From: a virus
Virus record (IMG/VR): IMGVR_UViG_3300025706_000009
Reading direction: 5' to 3' (one strand)
DNA length: 44,120 nt
The translations under genes and the position numbers were made by a program. The notes beneath the pieces are model-generated. The model searched no databases. It was not told where the DNA came from and was given only the letters and a program-made list of their open reading frames with translations. How positions within the stretch are numbered: position 1 is the stretch's first letter; each line of letters starts with the position of its first letter. Positions 34,573-40,913 of this stretch are shown here, one piece after another.

Positions 34573-34896
34573 CTAGGCTGATTTTTTCGGCCGACCACCG
34601 AGGCGGCCATTTGCCCGGCTGGATGTCTGCTTTTTCGGTGTGGAGATGGAGCCGAGGGCGGCGGCAGCAATTTTAGCTGGGGCCATCTCGGATAGTACCT
34701 GCTCAACCGTGAGGTTTTCGCCGTAGCGGGATTTGAGATTCCTGGCAATGGTTTTCCATTCATCCTGACCGTGAGCTTCAGCACGATTGATGACATTGTG
34801 CCGAGCGGCGTAAACCATATCGGCGGCGAGGGAGAAACCGATTGTTGCATCTGGATTGTCGGACAACATTTTCTGGTAGTGGGTGTGGGCCCTCAT
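34573..34896 (-). CDS. Hypothetical protein with a C-terminal GRP/AT-hook-like basic tail (107 aa)
   Basis: RBS GAGGTGtaatc precedes the ATG. The C-terminus reads ...SRANGRLGGRPKKSA. Confidence 0.55.
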   Translation of the reverse strand: MRAHTHYQKMLSDNPDATIGFSLAADMVYAARHNVINRAEAHGQDEWKTIARNLKSRYGENLTVEQVLSEMAPAKIAAAALGSISTPKKQTSSRANGRLGGRPKKSA

Positions 34897-34898
34897 GA

Positions 34899-35263
34899 TT
34901 ACACCTCATCCTGTCCCGCTGTGGATAACCTGGATTTGATCCCAGCGATAATATCGTGCGAATACTGACTGCTCACGCCCTGTGAGTACCATTTATCGGA
35001 TTTGACGTCGTACCAGATTTTCCCATCAATGGAGTGGAGTATGCGTGTTGCCTCACAATTACTGATTGTCTCGCCATTGAGCAGCGCACGGCTAATGTTT
35101 CCGGTGTTGTAAAACGAGAGGACCAATCCCAGCGCGGGGACTGTTACATCGAGGTTGAAATACACCCTGTGCATCTCGTTTTTGATCCATTCGCGCCCAC
35201 CGATTGCGACCATGTTAGATACCACTAAACTCTGTACCTGAGACTCGATCTGCATAGTGTCCA
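34899..35263 (-). CDS. First gene of the long leftward operon; hypothetical (121 aa)
   Basis: ATG 35263 follows cacAGGAGGacgtt. The track start 35294 would coincide with the predicted transcription start. The DNA is AT-richer. Confidence 0.55.
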
Positions 35264-35300
35264 TAACGTCCTCCTGTGATTTATTTTTGATCATGGGTAT

Positions 35301-35329
35301 ATAATAATCCTATCGTTAGGTAATGTCAA
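35301..35329 (-). promoter_or_regulatory. Sigma70-type promoter (leftward): TTGACA-17 nt-TATTAT
   Basis: The minus strand reads gTTGACAttacctaacgataggatTATTATatacc. -35 is at 35329-35324 and -10 at 35306-35301. Confidence 0.6.
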
Positions 35330-35399
35330 CCCCCAATCGTCATTTTGATAAAAAAATAAAAAGCAATGATATTAGTAATATACATGATCCGCGCGGGAT

Positions 35400-35663
35400 T
35401 CAGAAACAAAATCTAAGAGCGTAGTTGGTGAGGGGCCAGAGGATGACACCGGCGAGTCCGGTCCATCCGATGCCCCATAAGAACGTCTTGGACATGGGCC
35501 AGTTATCGGGCGATCCTACCGCAACGAACATCAGCAGGACCGCCCACAGGAAACGGAGAGGGGAAGGGGAGGTCATGCCTCCGCCCTCCTCAGTCTCAGC
35601 GGGGCCGATCTCGATGTATGTCTTGGTCTTGTGGTTCACGATCCAATAGCCGAGCTTTCCCAT
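35400..35663 (-). CDS. Small membrane protein with two C-terminal TM segments (87 aa)
   Basis: ATG 35663 follows gaAAAGGAGGTGtgac. Contains LRFLWAVLLMFVAVG and GIGWTGLAGVILWPL. Confidence 0.55.
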   Translation of the reverse strand: MGKLGYWIVNHKTKTYIEIGPAETEEGGGMTSPSPLRFLWAVLLMFVAVGSPDNWPMSKTFLWGIGWTGLAGVILWPLTNYALRFCF

Positions 35664-35664
35664 G

Positions 35665-35985
35665 TCACACCTCCTTTTCGGGGTCGTCCACATAGGCACA
35701 GGCGCGGGATATGACGGCGGCCTCGTCCTTGAGGACGAAACAGGGGCAGGGGCCGCTCCGATCATTAACAGAGCGCGCCTTCACGATTTCGGGAAATATC
35801 TCGTCGCACAACTCGCAGAAGTCGTCCCTGTAGCCAGCTTGATCGGCCGATGCTTCAGACATATATTCCCGGCGATAACAGATCGGGCAGGTGTCGGTTC
35901 CGTCGCGCTTCATGATTTCATCCCAATCCTCAAGGATGACGCGCACGGTCTCGCGGTAGAGTCTGGTGTTTTCGATGGTCGCCAT
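35665..35985 (-). CDS. Cys-rich hypothetical protein (106 aa)
   Basis: RBS tAGGGAGGGAtaaacc precedes the ATG. Contains CPICYRREY, CELCDE and GPCPCF. Confidence 0.6.
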   Translation of the reverse strand: MATIENTRLYRETVRVILEDWDEIMKRDGTDTCPICYRREYMSEASADQAGYRDDFCELCDEIFPEIVKARSVNDRSGPCPCFVLKDEAAVISRACAYVDDPEKEV

Positions 35986-35988
35986 GGT

Positions 35989-36081
35989 TTATCCCTCCCT
36001 ATTCTCCCGCAAGAATGCGGACATGAATGCTTTGTACTCCGGTGAACTGGTGATCTGTTCGACTATGGGTTTCTTGTTCAT
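35989..36081 (-). CDS. 30-aa leader ORF (MNKKPIVEQITSSPEYKAFMSAFLRENREG)
   Basis: Not in the track (under 60 aa). The ATG follows aGGGAGGGacgct and lies about 35 nt downstream of the predicted transcription start. Confidence 0.35.
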   Translation of the reverse strand: MNKKPIVEQITSSPEYKAFMSAFLRENREG

Positions 36082-36122
36082 AGCGTCCCTCCCTTGCCTT
36101 GCGGCATATCATGATACTGCCT

Positions 36123-36150
36123 ATTATAAGAATCTATCGGATAATGTCAA
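36123..36150 (-). promoter_or_regulatory. Sigma70-type promoter (leftward): TTGACA-16 nt-TATAAT
   Basis: The minus strand reads cTTGACAttatccgatagattctTATAATagg. Both hexamers are consensus. Confidence 0.65.
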
Positions 36151-36227
36151 GAGCATTCTTAACATATTTTTGCGAAAAATATAACCCACAATATATTCAA
36201 TGGTTATAAAAATAATCAACTTGCCTA

Positions 36228-36256
36228 TTGACAAGCCGCATCTTGTTATTTATTTT
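36228..36256 (+). promoter_or_regulatory. Sigma70-type promoter (rightward): TTGACA-17 nt-TATTTT
   Basis: The plus strand reads aTTGACAagccgcatcttgttattTATTTTtatggcATG. The -10 ends 6 nt before ATG 36263. Confidence 0.5.
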
Positions 36257-36262
36257 TATGGC

Positions 36263-36466
36263 ATGATAGCAAAACTCGATGTGGAAATGGTCAATCTGCT
36301 CAGAAAACGCCACAAGTTGAAGACCAGGGATCTGGTCAAACTCCTTGGGTACAAGTCCCGGCAGGGCTATGCCTACATGATTTCGTCACAGAGCATAGCC
36401 AAGGTTCCTGAACTTGCCAAGATATTTGGCGTAGAGAAAAGAGCATTGGTGATAATTGATTGCTAA
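36263..36466 (+). CDS. HTH (XRE/Cro-CI-like) transcriptional regulator (67 aa), possibly leaderless
   Basis: LRKRHKLKTRDLVKLLGYKSRQGYAYMISSQS...LAKIFGV shows a helix-turn-helix pattern. An alternative start is ATG 36287. The track start 36200 lies upstream of the promoter. Confidence 0.6.
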   Translation: MIAKLDVEMVNLLRKRHKLKTRDLVKLLGYKSRQGYAYMISSQSIAKVPELAKIFGVEKRALVIIDC

Positions 36467-36516
36467 GGGCATGATAAAGACAGTCCTCACGGGCGATGCC
36501 ATATTGCCCTCCTCTT

Positions 36517-36551
36517 CCCGGTCGGGTACTACGGCCTGGCCGGGACTTTTT
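36517..36551 (+). terminator. Intrinsic terminator T1
   Basis: cccggtc...ggccggg forms a stem (7 bp including one G-U, extendable by 2 bp), followed by acTTTTT. Confidence 0.6.
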
Positions 36552-36619
36552 GCCTCGCAACTCCGCACCACATGCGGGGACAGTATACGGGCGTCCGAGC
36601 GACGCCTCAAACCTCCTTT

Positions 36620-36644
36620 GGGGGTCGCAAGGCCCCCACTTTTT
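36620..36644 (+). terminator. Intrinsic terminator T2 (GCAA tetraloop)
   Basis: gggggtc-gcaa-ggccccc (7 bp including one G-U), followed by acTTTTT. Confidence 0.7.
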
Positions 36645-36675
36645 ACAGACCACAAAGGTGCAATGCACTTCGCGG

Positions 36676-36726
36676 CCCCCGGTCAAAACCAACGCATGGG
36701 TACTGCGTGGCCGGGGGATATTTTTT
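36676..36726 (+). terminator. Intrinsic terminator T3 (branched stem)
   Basis: cccccggtc...ggccggggg forms a 9-bp stem including one G-U. It encloses the inner hairpin acgca-tgggtac-tgcgt and is followed by ataTTTTTT. Confidence 0.65.
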
Positions 36727-36740
36727 CTGAGAGGTAATCG

Positions 36741-36911
36741 ATGGCATACGACATGAAAGACTGGTGGAGAGACAGCGGCAAAGAAGAACAGCGCATCAAC
36801 GGCATGAGAAACGGTGCCATGAGAAGGGCCAAGAAGCGCGGCATTAAGTTGAGCCTGGCCGAGATCCGCATCATGACGGAGGAGCAGCTGAGGGAGGCGT
36901 TCGGTGGATAG
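36741..36911 (+). CDS. Small basic hypothetical protein (56 aa)
   Basis: Not in the track. ATG 36741 follows tGAGAGGtaatcg. Sequence MAYDMKDWWRDSGKEEQRINGMRNGAMRRAKKRGIKLSLAEIRIMTEEQLREAFGG. Codon usage resembles its neighbours. Confidence 0.45.
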   Translation: MAYDMKDWWRDSGKEEQRINGMRNGAMRRAKKRGIKLSLAEIRIMTEEQLREAFGG

Positions 36912-36956
36912 GGTTTTCAAGTGCCAGGATGACGGGGATCGTTGCTTTTCCCATGC

Positions 36957-36992
36957 GATCTCCCAACCCGTGGTCCTGGCGCTTGGGAGATC
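36957..36992 (+). promoter_or_regulatory. Perfect 10-bp inverted repeat (gatctcccaa-N16-ttgggagatc) covering the SD of the next gene
   Basis: Read directly. The right arm contains GGGAGA, 6-11 nt before ATG 36998. Confidence 0.55.
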
Positions 36993-36997
36993 ATATC

Positions 36998-37705
36998 ATG
37001 GGAAAAAATCCGGCATTTCAGTTTTATCCGTCAGACTGGACGAGGGATCTGGACGACCAAGACCTTGAGGTCGAAGGAGCGTGGATTCGCGTGTGCTGTA
37101 GACTCTGGTGGACAGAGGGGAAAGCCACAAAATCTATTGGAGAGTGGTCCCGCATTTTGAGAAAAACTCAGAAAAAAACGATGAAAATTTTTCAAATTTT
37201 GATCGAAAAAGGCATCGCGAGTGGAAGCCTTTTGGATAACCAAAACATAACCATAATTTCTCGCAGGATGGTTAAGGATATTGAAATATCAAAGATAAGA
37301 CAAGAAGTTGGGAAGAAAGGCGGCAACCCTCAACTTAAAAAACCCGAAACTCATTTGGATAACCAAACCGACAACCAAAATCCAACCCCTTCTTCTTCAT
37401 CTTCTACTACAAAGAAAAAGAATATTGCGCCTTCGGCTGGTTTCGATCTCTTCTGGTCACTGTATCCCGTCCATAGGGAGAAGAAAAAAGCGGTCATCGC
37501 ATGGAATAAACTTCATGCCGAAAACGGAACTGTCGAGATGATCCTATCTGCGCTCAAAAATCAGATCGAGTGGAGAAAGACCGCAAAGGGATTTATCCCT
37601 GAATGGCCATATCCTGAACGATGGATAAAAAATGAGCGGTGGACGGATGAGATTGAAAAGACGGAAACAGCCCCATCAATCATCAACAAGGGGTGGCAAT
37701 CATGA
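36998..37705 (+). CDS. DUF1376-type replication initiation / replisome organiser protein (235 aa)
   Basis: The N-terminus NPAFQFYPSDWTRDLDDQDLEVEGAWIRVCCRLWW matches the DUF1376 signature (YFxFYxxDW...L). The C-terminal FDLFWSLYPVHREKKKAVIAWNKL motif is common in phage replication organisers. Confidence 0.65.
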   Translation: MGKNPAFQFYPSDWTRDLDDQDLEVEGAWIRVCCRLWWTEGKATKSIGEWSRILRKTQKKTMKIFQILIEKGIASGSLLDNQNITIISRRMVKDIEISKIRQEVGKKGGNPQLKKPETHLDNQTDNQNPTPSSSSSTTKKKNIAPSAGFDLFWSLYPVHREKKKAVIAWNKLHAENGTVEMILSALKNQIEWRKTAKGFIPEWPYPERWIKNERWTDEIEKTETAPSIINKGWQS

Positions 37706-38013
37706 CTGTCATCGACCGGAGCAAGGAATATCTCAGGGAGCAGGCAGACAAGGCCATAGCAAAAGCAGAGGCCGAACCGGACACCACAGTCAAAGACCTC
37801 TACGGACAGTTCATCAAGATGGCACAGGAATCCATCAGGCTCCACCAGGAGATGCTTGCCCTGGACAGCAAGATCCGGGACCGAGTGAATCAGGCAGACC
37901 TCGAAACCCTGGAGCTGATCTGGAACAACATGGCCCTGTCTCAGGAGATAATCAGGCAGGAGATGGAGAACATTGCAGTCTATCGTGAGGAGGTGAAACG
38001 TGCAGGCAGCTAA
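37702..38013 (+). CDS. Coiled-coil hypothetical protein (103 aa)
   Basis: ATGA overlap with the upstream stop. Helical, charged sequence. Confidence 0.55.
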   Translation: MTVIDRSKEYLREQADKAIAKAEAEPDTTVKDLYGQFIKMAQESIRLHQEMLALDSKIRDRVNQADLETLELIWNNMALSQEIIRQEMENIAVYREEVKRAGS

Positions 38014-38758
38014 ACAGGAAGACTCTCACCCGATAATCTCATCATACGAGCTTTTGAATAAGCTCAAGGAGCAGGGAGAGGCAAGGCCCCTGGTGAACAT
38101 CCGATCGAAGATGCCATCCCTTGATCGGGCAATCGAGAACTTCAACGATGGGGAGCTTTACGCCGTGTCAGGACCCACCAAGAACGGCAAGACTACCCTG
38201 TGCCAAACCCTCACAAGGAATTTCTGTGACCAGCAGTACCATTCCCTGTGGTTCTCCTACGAGGTCACGCCCAGGCAGTTCGTGCATTGCTTCGAGGAAG
38301 AGGACTTCCCCCTGTTCTACCTTCCCGATGGACTCAAGGCAAGGTCGATGGATTGGGTAGAGGGCAAGATCATCGAGAGCCTGGACAAGTTCAACACTCG
38401 GGTCGTGTTCATCGACCATCTGCACTACCTCTTCGACCTGGTACAGAGAGCGAACATGAGCCTTACCATCGGCAACGTAGTCAGGAGACTCAAGGGCCTT
38501 GCCGTGGCAAAGAAGCTGGTCATCTTCCTGCTCTGCCATACGACCAAGCCCGGAGGCGAGGGCTCTGACCTCTCGTATATCAGCATCCGGGACAGCTCAT
38601 TCGTGGCCCAGGAAGCTGACAGTGTGTTTATGATCCAGAGAACAGGGGACAACGAGGGGCAGCTCAGGGTTGAGTTCCATCGCAGGACGGGGTGTTTCCA
38701 GAGGACCGTGAACCTCATCAAACACGGAAAATATTTCTACGAGCAGGGAGAAGTATGA
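38000..38758 (+). CDS. DnaB C-terminal-domain-like / RecA-fold ATPase, putative replicative helicase or loader (252 aa)
   Basis: GTG follows GAGGAGGTGAaac. Walker A is SGPTKNGKTT and Walker B is RVVFIDHL, followed by LLCHTTK. Confidence 0.65.
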   Translation: MQAAKQEDSHPIISSYELLNKLKEQGEARPLVNIRSKMPSLDRAIENFNDGELYAVSGPTKNGKTTLCQTLTRNFCDQQYHSLWFSYEVTPRQFVHCFEEEDFPLFYLPDGLKARSMDWVEGKIIESLDKFNTRVVFIDHLHYLFDLVQRANMSLTIGNVVRRLKGLAVAKKLVIFLLCHTTKPGGEGSDLSYISIRDSSFVAQEADSVFMIQRTGDNEGQLRVEFHRRTGCFQRTVNLIKHGKYFYEQGEV

Positions 38759-38946
38759 TGGGAGCCTACACCTACACCGACCTTATCGCCCTGTTTCAGC
38801 CCGTGGCCGACAAGCTGGCCGCCGAGGGCAACCCGCCTGACGTTATCGCCTACAGGTTCGCTCAGTACGCAAAGCAGAAGATGAACCAGCAGAAAACCAA
38901 GAAGAGAAAACCCGTGCTGCAGCTCGCAGACAAGCTCGGGATATAG
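38755..38946 (+). CDS. Small hypothetical protein (63 aa)
   Basis: The ATG overlaps the upstream stop (ATGATG). Basic C-terminus. Confidence 0.5.
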   Translation: MMGAYTYTDLIALFQPVADKLAAEGNPPDVIAYRFAQYAKQKMNQQKTKKRKPVLQLADKLGI

Positions 38947-38954
38947 GAGGCTAT

Positions 38955-39206
38955 ATGTTCGGACCCAAAGCAATAGCGGAGATCAGGGAGCAGGTTGGGC
39001 AGTTGCTTGAGTCCTACCAGTCGGCCATAGACGCAGCTTACGCCAGGACACCCAAGGCGCTCAAGGTCGGGTTCAGCGTGACATTATCCCCAGGCACGGC
39101 AGGCGGCATCGACATCAAGACGAGCATGTCCCTGGTGGCCGAGCGGATCAAGGACAGCACCCACGGGACGGCGGACGAGCGCCAGATGCGGATCCAGGAG
39201 GCGTGA
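38955..39206 (+). CDS. Hypothetical protein (83 aa)
   Basis: RBS tAGGAGGctat precedes the ATG. Confidence 0.55.
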   Translation: MFGPKAIAEIREQVGQLLESYQSAIDAAYARTPKALKVGFSVTLSPGTAGGIDIKTSMSLVAERIKDSTHGTADERQMRIQEA

Positions 39207-39207
39207 C

Positions 39208-39372
39208 ATGGGGATATTCGCAGAACTGGCAAAGTCAAAGAGGAACCGGGAAGCCTACAAGGCGCAGGTGGTGAAGCAGGCGCGCATCATCCAGGACAAG
39301 GACCGCGAGATCGCACGGCTCAAGCGACAGCTCGCAGCGGTCAAGGACTTCGTGGAGAGGGCGCTGGCGTGA
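39208..39372 (+). CDS. Small coiled-coil protein (54 aa)
   Basis: Not in the track. The ATG lies 1 nt after the upstream stop. Sequence MGIFAELAKSKRNREAYKAQVVKQARIIQDKDREIARLKRQLAAVKDFVERALA. Its stop overlaps the next gene's GTG. Confidence 0.45.
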   Translation: MGIFAELAKSKRNREAYKAQVVKQARIIQDKDREIARLKRQLAAVKDFVERALA

Positions 39373-39734
39373 AAAACCCTGGTAGTCGTTCCGAGTACGG
39401 GGAACAGTGCGCCGTGTTCGAGTGGGCAAACCGCGAGATCCGCTGGGAAACGGCCTACCTCTTCTCAACCCTCAACGGCGTAAAGCTCCCCGTAGGCCTT
39501 GCGGTCAAGTGCAAACGAGCCGGCAACCGCAAGGGCGTCCCCGATATCTGGCTGCCCGTCCCCCGCGGCGACCATCACGGCCTGGTCATCGAGCTCAAGA
39601 TAAAACCCAACAAACCCACCATCGAACAGACCGAGTGGCTCGAGGGGCTCAAGGCAATGGGATACAAGGCCCTCGTCTGCTACGGAGCAGATGAGGCCAT
39701 AGCGGCAATAAAAGACTATCTCGGACCCAGATAA
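39369..39734 (+). CDS. VRR-NUC domain nuclease (121 aa)
   Basis: GVPDIWLPVPRGDHHGLVIELKIKPNKPTIEQTEWLEGLKAMGY matches the VRR-NUC core (D...ExK...Q..w). Confidence 0.7.
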   Translation: MKNPGSRSEYGEQCAVFEWANREIRWETAYLFSTLNGVKLPVGLAVKCKRAGNRKGVPDIWLPVPRGDHHGLVIELKIKPNKPTIEQTEWLEGLKAMGYKALVCYGADEAIAAIKDYLGPR

Positions 39735-39754
39735 ACCAAACCCAAGGAGGCATT

Positions 39755-40141
39755 ATGAAAAGGCTCATCGGCATTATTCTGGCAAGCATTATCCTGGCGT
39801 CTGCAGCACAGGCGGCAGACTGTATCGCCACCTGCAGTTGGGACGGCCTACAGGCCAACGGCCTGCCCGAGGGAAGTTTGCCCGTGCAGATCATCCTCTT
39901 CGACGCGGACACCCAGGACACCCTCACCCAGGCCAGCGTCAATGGTCCCGTTACAGGCCTGCAGCTCCCGTCGTTCTCGCTCGTACCCCCGGACAACGAG
40001 GTTCTCGTCGTTCACGTTGCGGCGAAAGCGGTGGACTCGGCAGGAAACGTATCGGCGCCCAGCGAGGTACACACCATCACCCTCATCGGCAATGACACCG
40101 TGCCCCCGGGCACCGTGATCATCAACATCAACCTAAACTAG
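39755..40141 (+). CDS. Secreted Ig/FN3-like protein (128 aa)
   Basis: RBS AAGGAGGcatt precedes the ATG. Signal peptide MKRLIGIILASIILASAAQA. Beta-rich mature part. Confidence 0.55.
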   Translation: MKRLIGIILASIILASAAQAADCIATCSWDGLQANGLPEGSLPVQIILFDADTQDTLTQASVNGPVTGLQLPSFSLVPPDNEVLVVHVAAKAVDSAGNVSAPSEVHTITLIGNDTVPPGTVIININLN

Positions 40142-40149
40142 GAGGTAAC

Positions 40150-40554
40150 ATGAAAAAAGTCGTTATCGCAGTCGGCATCATCCTGGCAATCGTCGTGCTC
40201 TACGTCGGATCTTACTACGGCACCCGGGCAGTCACCGTACACTACGGCACCCGGGCAGTCACCGTACCCAAGGACTCACAGCTCATCGACCAGATCATCA
40301 CCTTGCAGGAGAAACAGCAGGAGATCCTGACCACCGCCCAGCGGAACCTGGCCGAGAACATCGCGCCCACAAACCAGAAGCTCAACTCCTACCTCAAGCG
40401 GTTGAACCTGGTGGACCGCACATCATACGAGAAGGTCATGAAGACCTACTTCCCGAACGATAAGCTCCTGCCGGATCCGAACGCAAAGGAGGCCCCCGCA
40501 ACCATCACCCCAGCCCCTGCAGACATAGCGCCGGAAGCACCAGCGGGGAAATAG
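40150..40554 (+). CDS. N-terminally anchored membrane protein with a periplasmic coiled-coil and an internal 9-aa duplication (134 aa)
   Basis: RBS tAGGAGGTaac precedes the ATG. TM segment VVIAVGIILAIVVLYVG. YGTRAVTVH/YGTRAVTVP duplication. Confidence 0.6.
   Translation: MKKVVIAVGIILAIVVLYVGSYYGTRAVTVHYGTRAVTVPKDSQLIDQIITLQEKQQEILTTAQRNLAENIAPTNQKLNSYLKRLNLVDRTSYEKVMKTYFPNDKLLPDPNAKEAPATITPAPADIAPEAPAGK
40214..40267 (+). repeat. Perfect 27-bp tandem duplication (2 copies), in frame
   Basis: actacggcacccgggcagtcaccgtac occurs at 40214-40240 and again at 40241-40267. Confidence 0.95.
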
Positions 40555-40555
40555 C

Positions 40556-40765
40556 ATGGCTGAGATCCTAGACAGTCAGGAAAAGATAGCTGACTTCCTC
40601 GGGATCTCCGTCAGTAAGCTCAAGACCATGCGCTGCGAGCTCGACAAGGCAGGCGTCACATTCATCTTGGTCAAGGGCAGGCCACCGCGGCGGCGAGTGT
40701 GCGCCGTCAAGAGCACACTCATAAACTGGCTCTCGCTGAAAGCAGAGAAAGGCGAGACAATCTAA
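40556..40765 (+). CDS. Excisionase/MerR-type HTH DNA-binding protein (69 aa)
   Basis: EKIADFLGISVSKLKTM...GVTFILVKGRP...STLINWL resembles Xis/AlpA-family winged HTH proteins. Confidence 0.5.
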   Translation: MAEILDSQEKIADFLGISVSKLKTMRCELDKAGVTFILVKGRPPRRRVCAVKSTLINWLSLKAEKGETI

Positions 40766-40787
40766 GCACTCCTCATCTCCTCCTCAC

Positions 40788-40825
40788 GGCCCCCGGGACC
40801 TTACCCACCCCGGGGCCTCTTCTCT
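40788..40825 (+). terminator. Intrinsic terminator at the end of the rightward early operon
   Basis: ggcccc(c)ggg-N11-cccggggcc forms a 9-bp stem with one bulge, followed by tcttctct. Confidence 0.5.
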
Positions 40826-40872
40826 ATGCAATCCAAATGCCAAGAAAATTCAAAGACATGAATTTTGACCAG

Positions 40873-40913
40873 CTGAGTCGGCCACCTCAGATGACCTCCT
40901 GAGTCGCCCACCT
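40873..40913 (+). repeat. Two 15-bp direct repeats (ctgagtcgGccacct / ctgagtcgCccacct), 26-nt period, upstream of terS
   Basis: Read directly at 40873-40887 and 40899-40913. One mismatch. Confidence 0.85.

Noticed and set aside
35340-35400. Rho-independent terminator after gene 35400..35663 (atcc-cgcgc-ggat followed later by a T-rich run)
   Set aside because: The stem is only 4 bp and the T-run is separated from it by about 25 nt. This is not convincing. The region is recorded only as an AT-rich intergenic region containing the next promoter.
36590-36650. tRNA-like element (GC stem with a 7-nt-type loop followed by ACTTTTT)
   Set aside because: The loop sequence (gcaa, or tcgcaag) does not match the TTCRANY T-loop. 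No acceptor stem, D-arm or anticodon arm can be drawn. It was interpreted as an intrinsic terminator.
36336-36920. 194-aa minus-strand ORF and several overlapping ORFs (36386..36655, 36456..36737, 36496..36756) in the structured region
   Set aside because: They are mutually overlapping in several frames and run through three terminator hairpins. Their composition is junk-like and none has an SD. The region is better explained as non-coding RNA structure plus the small + strand ORF 36741..36911.
39755-40554. o-spanin/i-spanin pair (secreted 128-aa protein plus TM-anchored 134-aa coiled-coil protein)
   Set aside because: The first protein has an AQA-AD signal-peptidase-I-type site, not a lipobox Cys. 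The genes also lie in the early/replication operon, far from the endolysin. The idea cannot be excluded for the 134-aa protein, but it is not supported.
40873-40913. Mini-CRISPR array or solitary CRISPR repeats
   Set aside because: There are only two 15-bp copies with an 11-nt gap. They are too short, have no repeat-like palindromic structure, and no cas genes are present.
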